Shown here piece after piece: positions 12,086 through 22,864 of a stretch of DNA of 64,000 nt; within the stretch, counting starts at the first letter, position 1; each line of letters starts with the position of its first letter. The position numbers were made by a program, and so were the translations under genes. Origin of the DNA: Mobula birostris. Lineage: Eukaryota. The stretch covers positions 36,309,248-36,373,247 of the forward strand of contig NC_092393.1 of the NCBI RefSeq assembly GCF_030028105.1. The letters are read 5' to 3'. The notes under the pieces are model-generated. The model worked only from the letters and a program-made list of their open reading frames with translations. It did no database searches and was not told where the DNA came from.

Positions 12086-13911
12086 ATGAAATAATGTTCC
12101 CTAGCTAGTCAGAAAGCTAATGTCAGAGGGGAAGGTGCTGTTTCTGAATCGACGAGTGTGGGTCTTCAGGCTCCTTACTTCTTCCTCAATGGTAGTAATA
12201 TGAGAAGAGTGTATTTCCCAGATAATAAGGGTCCTTAGTGAGGGATGCTACCTTCTTGAAGCACTGCCTCTTAAAGATTTCATTATGCCCGTGATGCAGA
12301 GAGCTGAGTCTACACCCTCTACAGCTTCTTGTAATTCTTCACACTAGGCTGTGATGCAACTATCCGAGATGCTCTTCACCTGTAAAACCAGTAATGCAGG
12401 TCACATTTAGACAGACTGTCTGTTCCCAGTGCTATAATATCAATGTTTCATCATCCAGCACAAACTCAGTGGACTGAATGGCCTCTCTCTGCCTATAATT
12501 GCTCTGAAATCCAATGTCAGCTCTTAAGCATGTAGGGTTTGTGACGTGAACTCTTCGTCAGCAAAGTAATTAGAATGCAGGTATGGGATAATCTAATCCA
12601 AGTTCAGGATAAGTGAATTGACAGAAAGATGAGGGGTAAATAAGCAGGAAGCCAACCAGCACAAAAAGTGGTGAACAGGTAATGTAATGAATTTCAAAGA
12701 CCTACATAATTCAAAATGGTAAACTGGAGTAAAGGCAAAAAAGAACACAGAGCAACAGCGCATTCAGATGCCTACAGCAGATAAGGAAAGATCAATTTTG
12801 AACTACAAAACTCTCACTAGTACATTAACTTCAAGACCACAAGATTTCTCTTCTTTAGGGAATAGTTCAGTTCAGTCAGCTTTGTTTTACAGCCATGGTG
12901 GTGCACTCACCTCTGTATCAGAAGGTTGTGAATTCAAATCTCATTGTAGCACTTGAGCAGAAAATATCAGGTCGGAAGTCTTGTCTGGTACAGAGGAAAT
13001 GCTGCATTGTGGGAGGTGATGTTATTTAGTATTCCCTCAGATGAACATAAAGAATTCTAGGGTAATATAGAGAAGAAGAGTAGAAGGTTATCCTTAGTTG
13101 TCACCAATATTTGGTGGATTCAGAATTGGCTTAGTGATAAAAATTAGGGGGCAATGGTTGAAGGTCAATTCTTTGAATGGAGGTCTGTGTCTGTTATTCG
13201 TTATTTATGTCAATAATTTGAATATGAATGTACATGGCATGATTTGAAAATTTGCTGATGATTCTAGATTAATGGTTCTTGTTGATAGTGATTTGGGTTA
13301 CAATGAATTTCAAAAAGAGCTGAATCAGTTAGAGACATTCATACCAGGGTAGGTCTTCTATGTAGTGATTGGCAGGGTACTGACAAGTGTTGTTCAACAG
13401 AGGGACCGAGGAGTACAAGCAGACGATTCATTGAAAGCGATCGCACAAGTAGGCAAGTTGGTGAAGAGGCTTTTAGCATGGTGGCCTACTTCAGTCAGGG
13501 CATGGAGTTTAGTGGTAGGGTCATTATGTTGCAGTTATATAAGTCATTGGTGAGGCTGTGTTTGGAGTATTGTGTCCAGGAATGGTCAGCCTGTTGGAAG
13601 AAAGATGTTGTCAAGCTGAAGAGAGTGCAGAAGAGATTTACAAGCATGCTGTCCAGACTAGAAGGCCTAAGTTATAGGGAGATGTTGGTCATGCTGAATC
13701 TTTATTCCCTGGAGTGCTGGAGAATCAGGAGTGATCTCATAGAAGCTTATAAAATCATGGGGCAGGGTGTGGATAAGGTGGACAGTAATAATCTTTTCCT
13801 CAGTGTTGGTGAGTCCAAAGCTAGAGGGCACAGGTGCAAAATAAGAAAGGAGAGATTTGAGAGAGACCTGAGAGGTAACTTCTTTACACAGAGGGCAGTG
13901 AGTACCTAGAA

Positions 13912-14701
13912 CAGGGGTCCCCAACCTTTTTTGCACTGCGGACCGGTTTAATATTGACAATATTCTTGCGGACCGGCCAACCGGGGGGAGTGGGGGGGGG
14001 GCGGTGTTCAGGTAGGGTTAAACTCACCTCAACATGTCTTTTACAGTTAGGGTTGCCAACTTTCTCACTCCCAAATAAAGGACAAAAGTAGCAGTCAAAT
14101 CCCGGGACACTTTACCCCAAGAAAGACTACCATGACCATGAAGCCTTGCACGGGCACCTGTGTGCGCATGCGTGACATGCGCATGTGATGTGCGCATGTG
14201 CGTACGTGCCGAATTTTTCTCCCACAAGTTGGTTTTGCCTTCATCTTCCCGACTATACTGTACATACATTATTTCAACTTTATATAGGCTGTGTATTTAT
14301 CATATCATTCCTGCTTTTACTATATGTTAGTGTTATTTATTTTTGGTTTTATGTGTTATTTGGTATGATTTGTTAGGTTATTTTTTGGTTCTGGGAACGC
14401 TCAAAAATTTTTCCCATATAAATTAATGGTAATTGCTTCTTCGCTTCACGCCATTTCGGCACAAAAGGTTTCATAGGAACGCTCTACCTTAGCGGAGGAA
14501 ATACGGGACAAGGGCGATCCCTGTGGGACAAACGAATTTAGCCCAATAAATGGGATGTCCCAGCAAACATGGGACAGTTGGCAACCCTATGTTCAAGTTC
14601 AACAGTGCGTGACAGGGAATGAGGAAAGGTGCAGCTGACTCACATTGTTTCCTCGTGGCCCAGTAGCACATGCTTTGCGGCCCGGTGGTTGGGGACTGCT
14701 G
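13912..14701. mobile_element. hAT-Charlie type MITE (composite)
   Basis: TIR caggggtccccaacc / ggttggggactgctg; 8-bp TSD acctagaa (13904-13911) / gcctagaa (14702-14709). Confidence 0.85.
14013..14589. mobile_element. Nested second hAT MITE (TAGGGTTGCCAAC type)
   Basis: TIR tagggttgccaact (14048) / agttggcaacccta (14589), gggac subterminal repeats; 8-bp TSD tgttcagg (14005-14012) / tgttcaag (14590-14597) flanks an outer tagggtt end at 14013. Confidence 0.7.
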
Positions 14702-14954
14702 GCCTAGAATAAGCTGCCAGAGGAAAGGGTCAAGAAAAATACAACTGCATCATTTAAGACGCATTTGGATAAGTACATAGAGGCAAGGGCCGTAGTGGGT
14801 TAAGAGCCAAGGGAGGCAACTGGGACAAGCAGAGAGAATACTGTGGTTGTCATGGACTTCTTGGGCCTAAAGACCTGTTTTTGTGCTGCACATGATTCGA
14901 TGACTTTATCAAACCCAATACAGAAGTCAACGGAACATGCAGCAGTAATTTCTT

Positions 14955-15172
14955 CCATAAGACCATAAGACATAGGAGCAGAACTAGACCATTCAGCCCA
15001 TCGTATCTGCTCCGCCATCTCATCATGGATGGTTCATTTCCTTCTCAACCCCTTTCTCCTGCCTTCTCCCAATAACCTCTCATGCCCTGACTAGTCAAGA
15101 ACCAATCACCCTGCCTTAAATACACCCAGTGACCTGGTCTGTGGCAAAGAGTTCCACAGATTCACCACCCTT
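14955..15172 (-). mobile_element. CR1 3' end fragment
   Basis: ccataagaccataagacataggagcagaa... tail as at 2897 and 52675. Confidence 0.75.
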
Positions 15173-17535
15173 TTTCACATGTTTGGTGCACACAGCTGAA
15201 GACAGGTTATCTGGAAGCTACTACATCACTGTTTCATGACAGGTTGTTTTCCATGAGTTGTATTACAACATTGACCACACTTCAATGATGTTTCATTACC
15301 TCTAAAGCACTTTGGACGGTCAGGAAAGGGGCAATATGACTGCAAGTCTTTATTTCCTTACAGTTTCATACTTTATTCTAAACCACAGAATGCATGTTAT
15401 GTTGATTTACTCTTTAATCAACTGATTAAGGGATATTCTTGGCTAACGTTTTAAAGATCTATATGTAACAAAGCAACTTCTTTCTTTTAATTGATTTTCT
15501 TTTAGACTCACAATTTTATTCCTTTTATTAATAAATATGTTTTAATGCAAAATATGACAAGGTTCTCCTTTGGCGGAGTACTTACCCGATCCCAGCAATA
15601 ACAAATTCTTAGTGCAATACAATGGTGGCACAATGTTTCTACGTGCACCAGTTCCTCAGAACCTATTGGGATCAGCGTCATGGGAAAGCTGAAAGGACCA
15701 TAACAATACTAAGCAAGCTCACCAACCGGAAGAAGGTTAACCATTCACTGAAAAAGAAAGTGAATGAGCTAGCATACTTTGCTATAAAGACGAGATTCTG
15801 CAAATGCTTGAAATCCAAAATGTCCTGAGTCCTGATAAAGGGTCTCGGCCCAAAATGTCAACTGTTTCTACCTGTCCATAGATACTGCCTGACCTTCTGA
15901 GTGTTACTCTAGAATATTGTACTGTACTCTGTAGTACAGGAGTGCACCAGGGAGATGAAGTTTTTCTATTTTAACTATAAAATTGTTCAAAATTACAGTA
16001 AAACTGTGATTTGTTTGCTATAGACATAGCTGCCACATACGGAAACAAGACATTTACCATGTGCTTGTCAACACAAATTAGTTTTATGGTTGTTTTCTAG
16101 AAGCTCTGATGGACGTTGTTGCTTTTTTTTATATTGTCAATCAAGGAAAAATTGCTGTAGAAGCTTATCAAAAATTGGAAGTCTCTACAACTGTTTCCTT
16201 GGTGTTTGGTCACCTTAGCATCTTTTTAAGGCTATATAGTATTGTTTGTCATTTGCAGAATGTGTGCTCACATTACAGCTATTGTAATTTTTGGACAAAT
16301 ATGTCTTTAAGCTGCTGATATTTCCTACGCACCTCCTTACCTTTTTAATCACATCAGAAACATTAAGTTAAATAGAACATTGGGATAAAACCATTAATGG
16401 CTTAATTTTGATTTATTGTATAATGGTTGTAAACACTTCTACATGATTTCTTTCTCAAGCCCGTTTGTTTTTGCCCTTTTCTTTTTTAAGCTCCACACCA
16501 TATTGATCATGTTCTGAATTCTGCTGGTCATAGCAGTAAATCTGAATAATTAAGTTAAGATGCATTAGATTAGGGCATGCAGCACTCTTTATATCTCACC
16601 AGTAAATATATGCTGCTAATAATGCAAACTACTTGAAACACCTTTACACATGGCAACCTGAAATGGGTTATTTTGCCTCAAGATTTCTCTCCTTTTGGCT
16701 ACAACTAGCTCACTGAATGCTTAACATTGCCATGACGAAGTAAGACAAAGACAACTTCATGACTTTCGTCATTAGCAGGGATCCGTGTTTATATTGGTGA
16801 GGACACACTTGTTTAGATAATGGCATATTTGCCTAATTCATGAGTCAAAATTGTTTGTTTACTGGCATTCCTGGCCTTGGCAGGATTTTTTAATTTGTAA
16901 TTGTACAACAGTGTAAAACAACATGGTTTGCCAATGAACATTAATGAAGGAAGGTTATTTAACAATATTCATAAGGCTGTTTATTCAGACCTGGTTTATT
17001 ACAAACCACAGATCATAGTCACTTTTGTCTTTGGTCAGCAAGGGTCTGTGGAATATCAACTCTTAACTAATTTGTACAATTTTTTCTTTCAGTGCATACA
17101 TTAATATGGTAAAAATCCACTCAATTTTCAGTCCTTTCCCAAGTATTACTGGAAAATATCTTAGGAATTGTTTTCACCTCCTTTGAAGTCAGTGGTGCAT
17201 GCCTGAAAATAGTTTCACAAACTGTGCCAGTCCTCCAGAATTTTTCCAGAGTGCCAGTTTTTATATGTGTGCAGGGAGAGAGACTGTAAACATCTCCACC
17301 CAACCAATTCCTTCTTGAGTAGATACTGATTGAAGCATTATATTATCACTAATATTTTTTTCTTTTCAGTTGTTGGAAATTAGAAAAATTCTCTGCATTT
17401 TCTTGAATACAGTTTTGGGGTAACATCAATGATCAAAACAATTTATATCTGTAGGGCAACTTTTCTGTTGAGCAAATCATTCCAAGCCACCATCAAATTT
17501 GACACTGAGGAACATGAGGAGATCAAAATGCAGCT

Positions 17536-17788
17536 TGTTATGTTTTGTGAATCTAAACCACAAAGCTAATCAAAATAAAAACAAGGGGGAGTCAAGGATA
17601 ACTCATGTATTTTGTTTTTAACCCTAAGAGTGAGGCGTGCATGTTTCACGTGGAGACGTAGTGACGTATGCCATTTCCATACTTTTACATATAACTCGCA
17701 TTGCATTAGGTAAACAACAAAAAATGCTTAATCAAACAATATATTTACAATTTTACTCAAATAGTACTAAAATATTAAATACACAACA
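17536..17788 (-). repeat. 3' LTR (253 bp) with adjacent polypurine tract
   Basis: tgttatgttttgt...aatattaaatacacaaca; followed by ctctttcctctcctttc (minus strand gaaaggagaggaaagag = PPT). Confidence 0.85.
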
Positions 17789-17838
17789 CTCTTTCCTCTC
17801 CTTTCATAGCTATACACTCCAGCTCAATATAGAATGTG

Positions 17839-17844
<6 letters not shown>

Positions 17845-17878
<34 letters not shown>
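17845..17878. repeat. (TA)n microsatellite in the LTR element 3' UTR
   Basis: tatatatatatatatatata... Confidence 0.95.
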
Positions 17879-17879
<1 letters not shown>

Positions 17880-17884
17880 TTAAT

Positions 17885-18090
17885 TTAGGCCTAAAGATTT
17901 AATCTCTATGGAAGATTTCTTACTCTTGTGGGATTACGTCTTTCCTGACAAGAAAAGTCACTCTGCTTGGCAGGTGAGACTTGTGGCTTTGTAGAAAATC
18001 ACAGGTTCTGGGTCCTCCTCCATGGTGGTTGTAGACATTGATTCTGAGTCTGCTGGAGGTGGCTCTGACAGCCATGGACACCTCTCTTCT
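17885..18090 (-). pseudogene. Gypsy pol (integrase) C-terminal tail remnant
   Basis: Minus strand EERCPWLSEPP..STTTMEEDPEPVISTKPQVSPAKQSDFSCQERRNPTRVRNLP*RLNL* (RRYPxRxRxPPxRL-type Gypsy IN end). Confidence 0.65.
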
Positions 18091-18890
18091 CTTTTTCTTG
18101 GGTTTTCCTTCATTATCTACTTCAATCCTTGCTTCTCTTCATATCCTGGCCTTTTTCTCTCTATTTATCCCACTCTTGATCCCTATCATGGTCTTACTCA
18201 CAGTCCTGAATCTACTCATGTTGTCATTCCAGCTTTTTATTTCTTCTTGTTTCCTGTGATTATCCCTGAATTTGCTAATTTCTCAAGAAATTAGCTTTTC
18301 TTCATCCTATTCTATTTCCATGGCTCTTATGTCCTCTTTCATTTCTTTTCTCTTCTTTCCAGGATGTGCATCTTTATCTTGGGAAGGTGCATTTAGTTCA
18401 CTAAAGTATTCTTTTATTAATCCTTCTTTTGCTCCCTTTACAATCTGATTTCTGCTGTTGCTTTCTCATCCATAACATCATTTGACGAATCCTCTGTTTT
18501 CGTATCTCCATTGATTCCTTTATTTTTGGCCTTCCATTCATCCATCTGGGCTTTGGTCTTTGCATCTACTTTTACAAGCAGCTTTCTGTCTCTCACTTGA
18601 AGTTTGTGCAATAATTTTAATTCACAGAGTTGATTCTGATTCTTTATACTCACACAAACTGAATGCTTGCAACTTTCCTGAAAGTTCTTGAACTCCCCTC
18701 CAGCTTAAACCTGAGCCACATTTCACAATGAACTGACCAATTATCATTTCAGAAGCTTTCTCAGATACGTTGCTTACAAAAACTGTTGTAGTCAGATCAC
18801 TGCGTTCATCACTTTGATGATTCCTCTGAGCAGCACGGCCCTTCCTTGGTCCAATATGCTTTCCAACCAGAGCTACAGAGGTTGGACCAT
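18090..18890 (-). pseudogene. RBM25: Processed (intronless) partial retrocopy of RNA-binding protein 25 (RRM through start of the RE/RD-rich region)
   Basis: Minus strand VGKHIGPRK...TTTVFVSNVSEKASEMII.QFIVKCG..LSWRGVQELSGKLQAFSLCEYKESESTL..LKLLHKLQVRDRKLLVKVDAKTKAQMDEWKAK...IKEYFSELNAPSQDKDAHPGKKRKEMKEDIRAMEIE*DEEKLIS*EISKFRDNHRKQEE; colinear with vertebrate RBM25, no introns, with stops and frameshifts. Confidence 0.92.
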
Positions 18891-18937
18891 AAATTGTTTT
18901 CCCTCTGTTAGGCAACAGTTCACGGTATACTGCATAG

Positions 18938-20203
18938 ACACAGTTGTAGCATTCTCCAGGACCTTTCTTAATTTGCTTTCAGTTGGCAATTTTACAGGGG
19001 ATGGGGCATACAAATGGTGGGTGGATCTCCAATCAAGTTGTAGTTGTCTCAGTCAAATCATGTTACCACAATGATCGCCCTTCTGCTTTTACCACATAAA
19101 AGCCTAGTGTGGATTGTTGGTTGTTGTATTTTACTGTTACAAAATGTCATTCCCACAAGAGTTAATCTTTTCTCCAATATAAATTCTTAGTTAGATACCT
19201 GTAGGCTTCAGTTCTGTATCTTTGAAATGCCATTCAAACTGATTTTGTGGAATGACTGAAACAGCCAAGTCACTGTCCAATTCCATTTTAATTTTTTTAC
19301 TGTTTACTTCTGGTGTAAGCCATATGGCTTATCTATTGTTTTTGCATTGTAAATCTCAAGTCTACTCAGTCCAGTGTCACTCTAATCATAATCAGATTTT
19401 TCATCAACAGCACGCAAGTTAGAACTCTTTTAGAAACTGCAACTTGATGATTTTTTTTATTTATTTATAGCCTTTTCTTTTCGCTATGCAGTGAATTTAT
19501 TTTTGTTTGCCCAACATGCTCTTTGTATATGTTCTTCTTCGTGGCATTTTCTGCAAGTTTCACCTTTAAACCTGCATTGGTCTTGTGTACATGAGCCCTT
19601 GCCACAACAGTAACACCAATTTGTTTGGCCAAGCCAGTTACTGTTTAGAAATTGCAATTTTGTTCACACTCACTTTCATTCCTTAATACAAGTGAATTGT
19701 GTCTCTGCCTGCTGTTTCCATTGATACAGCCATTTCAACAGCTCTTTTAAATGTAAGTTGTGCTTTAGGTAGGAGCGATTTTTGTATGCTTTCTTGTAAG
19801 ATTCCACAAACTAAGCGATCTCTCAGTGCAGCATTAAACCCATTACTGAACTGTCAATGCTGAGAAATTCTCTTCAATTCAGCCACAAACGCTGAAATGG
19901 ACTCCTCTTCCTTTTGATTCCATTTATGAAACCTAGAGTACCTACAATCAACACTGGCTTCAGTTCTAAATGTTCCAACATTGCTTTCACAATATCAGCG
20001 AAGCTCATTTTGCCTGGTTTGGTTGGAGCAGTTAAACTGCTAAGCAAACTGTATGCCTTTAAATTCAAAGCACTGACCCAAAATTGGTAATTGTTTCTCA
20101 TTGGCTATTCAATCTGATTTACAAATACTGCTCAATTAGTTCAGTACACTTAAACCAGTTATCTATTGTGTAATCAAACGTGTCAATCTTTCCAATGTGC
20201 CAT
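18938..20203 (-). pseudogene. Gypsy gag-protease remnant
   Basis: KAYSLLSSLTAPTKP...LRDRLVCGI; knuckles CYCCGKGSCTQDQC and intact CRKCHEEEHIQRAC (~19515-19615); protease MELDSDLAVSVI (~19255-19290); LRQLQLDWRS linker; breaks off at ~18938. Confidence 0.85.
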
Positions 20204-20454
20204 TTCTGCTCTTTTCTTAATGATCATCATCACCTAGTGCTCACTGTTTATGAACCTGTGAATTCTTCCATTTTCTGCCTTTTTTTAATTCGAATGAATT
20301 TCTCGCCTTGCGAAGAAGAAGGAAAAACCTTGCTGTGCTGCTGTGTTGCACTTGGCCGTTTCTTGCTGTGCTTCTTAAAACCGTGAATATCTTGCTGCAC
20401 TTCAATAGGTACCTAGTCATTTCAGGTTGATTTTTAAAAATACCTCATCGACAC

Positions 20455-20675
20455 TGTTATGTTTTGTAACTACAAAACATAAAAACTAATTAAAAGGAAA
20501 ACAAGAAAGCTAGGAATGCAAGTCTAATTTTATTTTTACTTTAAGCGAGGTGCATGCATATCATTTATGTACTTTTACTTATATCCCTCAATGCAATATG
20601 TAAACAACAAAAGATGCTCAATCAAACAATGCATTTACATTATCACTCAAATTATTAAATATTAAATCCACAACA
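20455..20675 (-). repeat. 5' LTR (221 bp) with adjacent PBS-like sequence
   Basis: tgttatgttttgt...aatattaaatccacaaca; internal flank reads gtgtcgatgagg on the minus strand (degenerate tggcgacgagg-type PBS). Confidence 0.85.
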
Positions 20676-21632
20676 CATCAGACCTAAAGTCTGATTAAAG
20701 ATGTGGGCATTAAGGACTGTCTTAAATGAAAAAAGGAGAGAGAGAAAGAGAGAGAGATTTCAAGGCCATTCACAGTAGGAGAAATTACTGATGATGATTA
20801 AAATTAAAGATGCTAAAGAGATCAGATTTTGTGGATTATATGTAGATATCTGAAGGTTACAGAAGAGAAGGTGGGGCAAAGCCATGGAACAATTTGGAGA
20901 GATGTCTTTGATCTATTAGTGTAAGCAGATAAAAATCTCCACTCAGCAGGTCATCCAAAAGGAAGAAGCATGAATAGTTTACTTTTCCCTCTCTAACGCA
21001 AGGAAATTTCGTCAGTGGTTTCATCCCAGTGCTGCCCAACCAAGATAAATTAACTTCAACAGAGAAGGAATGAACCCAGGACTTTCCTGATATTGCGGAG
21101 ATATTATATCCATCCTGCCAAAGAGACATAGATGTTCTACCTGTAACAAAGTATTTCAGGGTATTAGAAAAAAAAAACTGCTGATGGAGCTATTTGGCTA
21201 ACTTTCCTGATAAGCTCCTTAAGCGAGTCTCGCATAATGTCAATGTATATTTTGAAGATAGGAGGCACTAATAGATCCTTTTTCATAAACAATGCTAAGA
21301 TAATGTTACTCAATTTGCACAGATTGCTTATGGGCTTTGATATTGAAAAGTATGAAGGATAAGGCTGAGAGGCAGCACTCCCATCGAGGTCACCTGATAG
21401 CAGTTTCAAGCCACTCTCCAGAGTCTTGAGCGCATTATCTGATTGGCAAAACTGAAGGAACGATGCAATGACAACAGTGCTGCCTATAGCCTCTATTTAT
21501 ACTTGGAGCTAATACTACATCAAGTCTATCCACTTGCTGTTGAGCATGAGCACACAGAAAAGAATCAACTGAGACATTCAGAAATATTCTAAGTAGGAGA
21601 CCACAGGAGCCATTTGTGGTAAACCATATATA

Positions 21633-21842
21633 TGTTGTAACTGGGTTAACTATCTGGACACACCCCTCTGCTGACTGCCCCTGTGGCTCCTCCCACAGAC
21701 CCCTGAATAAAGGTGATTTCGCCTTGCCCCTCCTCCTCAGTCTGGGGGCAGACACTCAGCATGGAGGTCGTATTTTACTGCGAATAAAAGCCTTTCAGTA
21801 TTTACCCTACTTCAGTCTTTTGGAATTATTGAAGGTGCTTCA
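21633..21842 (+). mobile_element. Probable solo LTR (~210 bp)
   Basis: TG...CA ends (tgttgtaac...ggtgcttca), TATA-like gaataaagg, AATAAA signal then a GT/T-rich U5-like tract; no clean TSD. Confidence 0.55.
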
Positions 21843-22864
21843 CCATTCAAGTCAATGGAGGGACCATGTGTACATTAATGCCATCAACATTTTGGCTATT
21901 CTGAGTATAAAGCAAGAGTTCAAACTCATTCAGAGAACTTGTTCAGTTACTTTGTATCCACAGGACCTGGCTTTCACAAGCTCTAAACCTTGGGTATTTT
22001 CTGCAGCGTCTGATGCAAGCATGCTTAGCAATAAGTCATTATTGCCAGTGGACCCTGTGGTGTTTCTCAGAGGTGTCAGTATGTAATATTTGAGTCCATG
22101 CTTACCTTTGAATGATTCAACATCTTGCCAGCCAATGACCCTACTTTTAATACCTGACTGTATATAAAATAATAGTGATTTTTTTTAAATCATTGCTCTG
22201 AGCTAAATACTGGAAGAGCATTAAAGGAAATGAAATACTTTGGAAGGATACCTTTGTGACAACTCTGTGTGCAAGGGGCACTGTGACAAAGCGAATGCAA
22301 TGATTGGCAGTGTGATAAAACAGCTCTGCTTGAAATTGTGCAAGCTCTTGTTCTCTGTATGTGAAGAGCCTGAGTGACTGATCCCTGTCAGTGGGGAGCC
22401 GAGGGCCTGTTATCAGAATATTCAGCTGGTTTTCTGATTTAACCTATCAATGCAACAGCTGGAAATGCTGACAAAACTGCAGTGCTCAATCACGGGCTAT
22501 AATCAAGTATTTATCAATTAATTGATCTCTGGTATTTTCCTAAGCATTGCAGTTCCGATCTGCTGAAATGCTGTGTGTTAATGATGTGTTGTACAAAGGG
22601 TACTGTTCCCGAGAGTAGTGTATACATATATTTTTGTAATTATTAAATTCCACCTATGTTCGACAATAAGAATTGTCAGGCCACAGCTACTGTGAGATCC
22701 CACAAGTACTTTTGTTCCGCTTGTCACTTGGGAAATTTATGGTTTGAAATATTACATATGTTTTTTTCCTAATCTCCCTGCAAATGGCTATGGTGAATCA
22801 TACATTTCTTTATATGGAATTATATGTATGAATGCTGACAGACTTTATTATTGTGTTGTTTCAG

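Larger units (their letters stand above)
13113..14905 (+). mobile_element. CR1 LINE 3' portion (RT C-terminus and tail), interrupted by an hAT MITE
   Basis: ORF 13478..13909 LYKSLVRLCLEYCVQ.WS..KKDV..L.RVQKRFT...RGNFFTQR. Confidence 0.85.
12895..15358 (+). mobile_element. Deu-domain (SacSINE1-like) tRNA SINE split in two (12895-13112 and ~15190-15358) by CR1/MITE insertions
   Basis: Head cacctctgtatcagaaggttgtgaattcaaatc...gaagaagag...ccaatatt; 3' part ttatctgg...attacaacattgaccacacttcaa...tgcaagtcttt. Confidence 0.6.
17536..20675 (-). mobile_element. Gypsy/Ty3-type LTR retrotransposon, internally deleted, carrying a captured RBM25 cDNA
   Basis: Two TG...CA LTRs (17536-17788, 20455-20675), PPT and PBS-like sites in the right positions, gag with CCHC knuckles, aspartic protease, integrase C-terminal tail. 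Confidence 0.88.

Noticed and set aside
18090-18890. RBM25 as a functional nested gene
   Set aside because: It has in-frame stops (including CGA>TGA) and frameshifts, lacks the start and the PWI domain, and is embedded in an LTR element.
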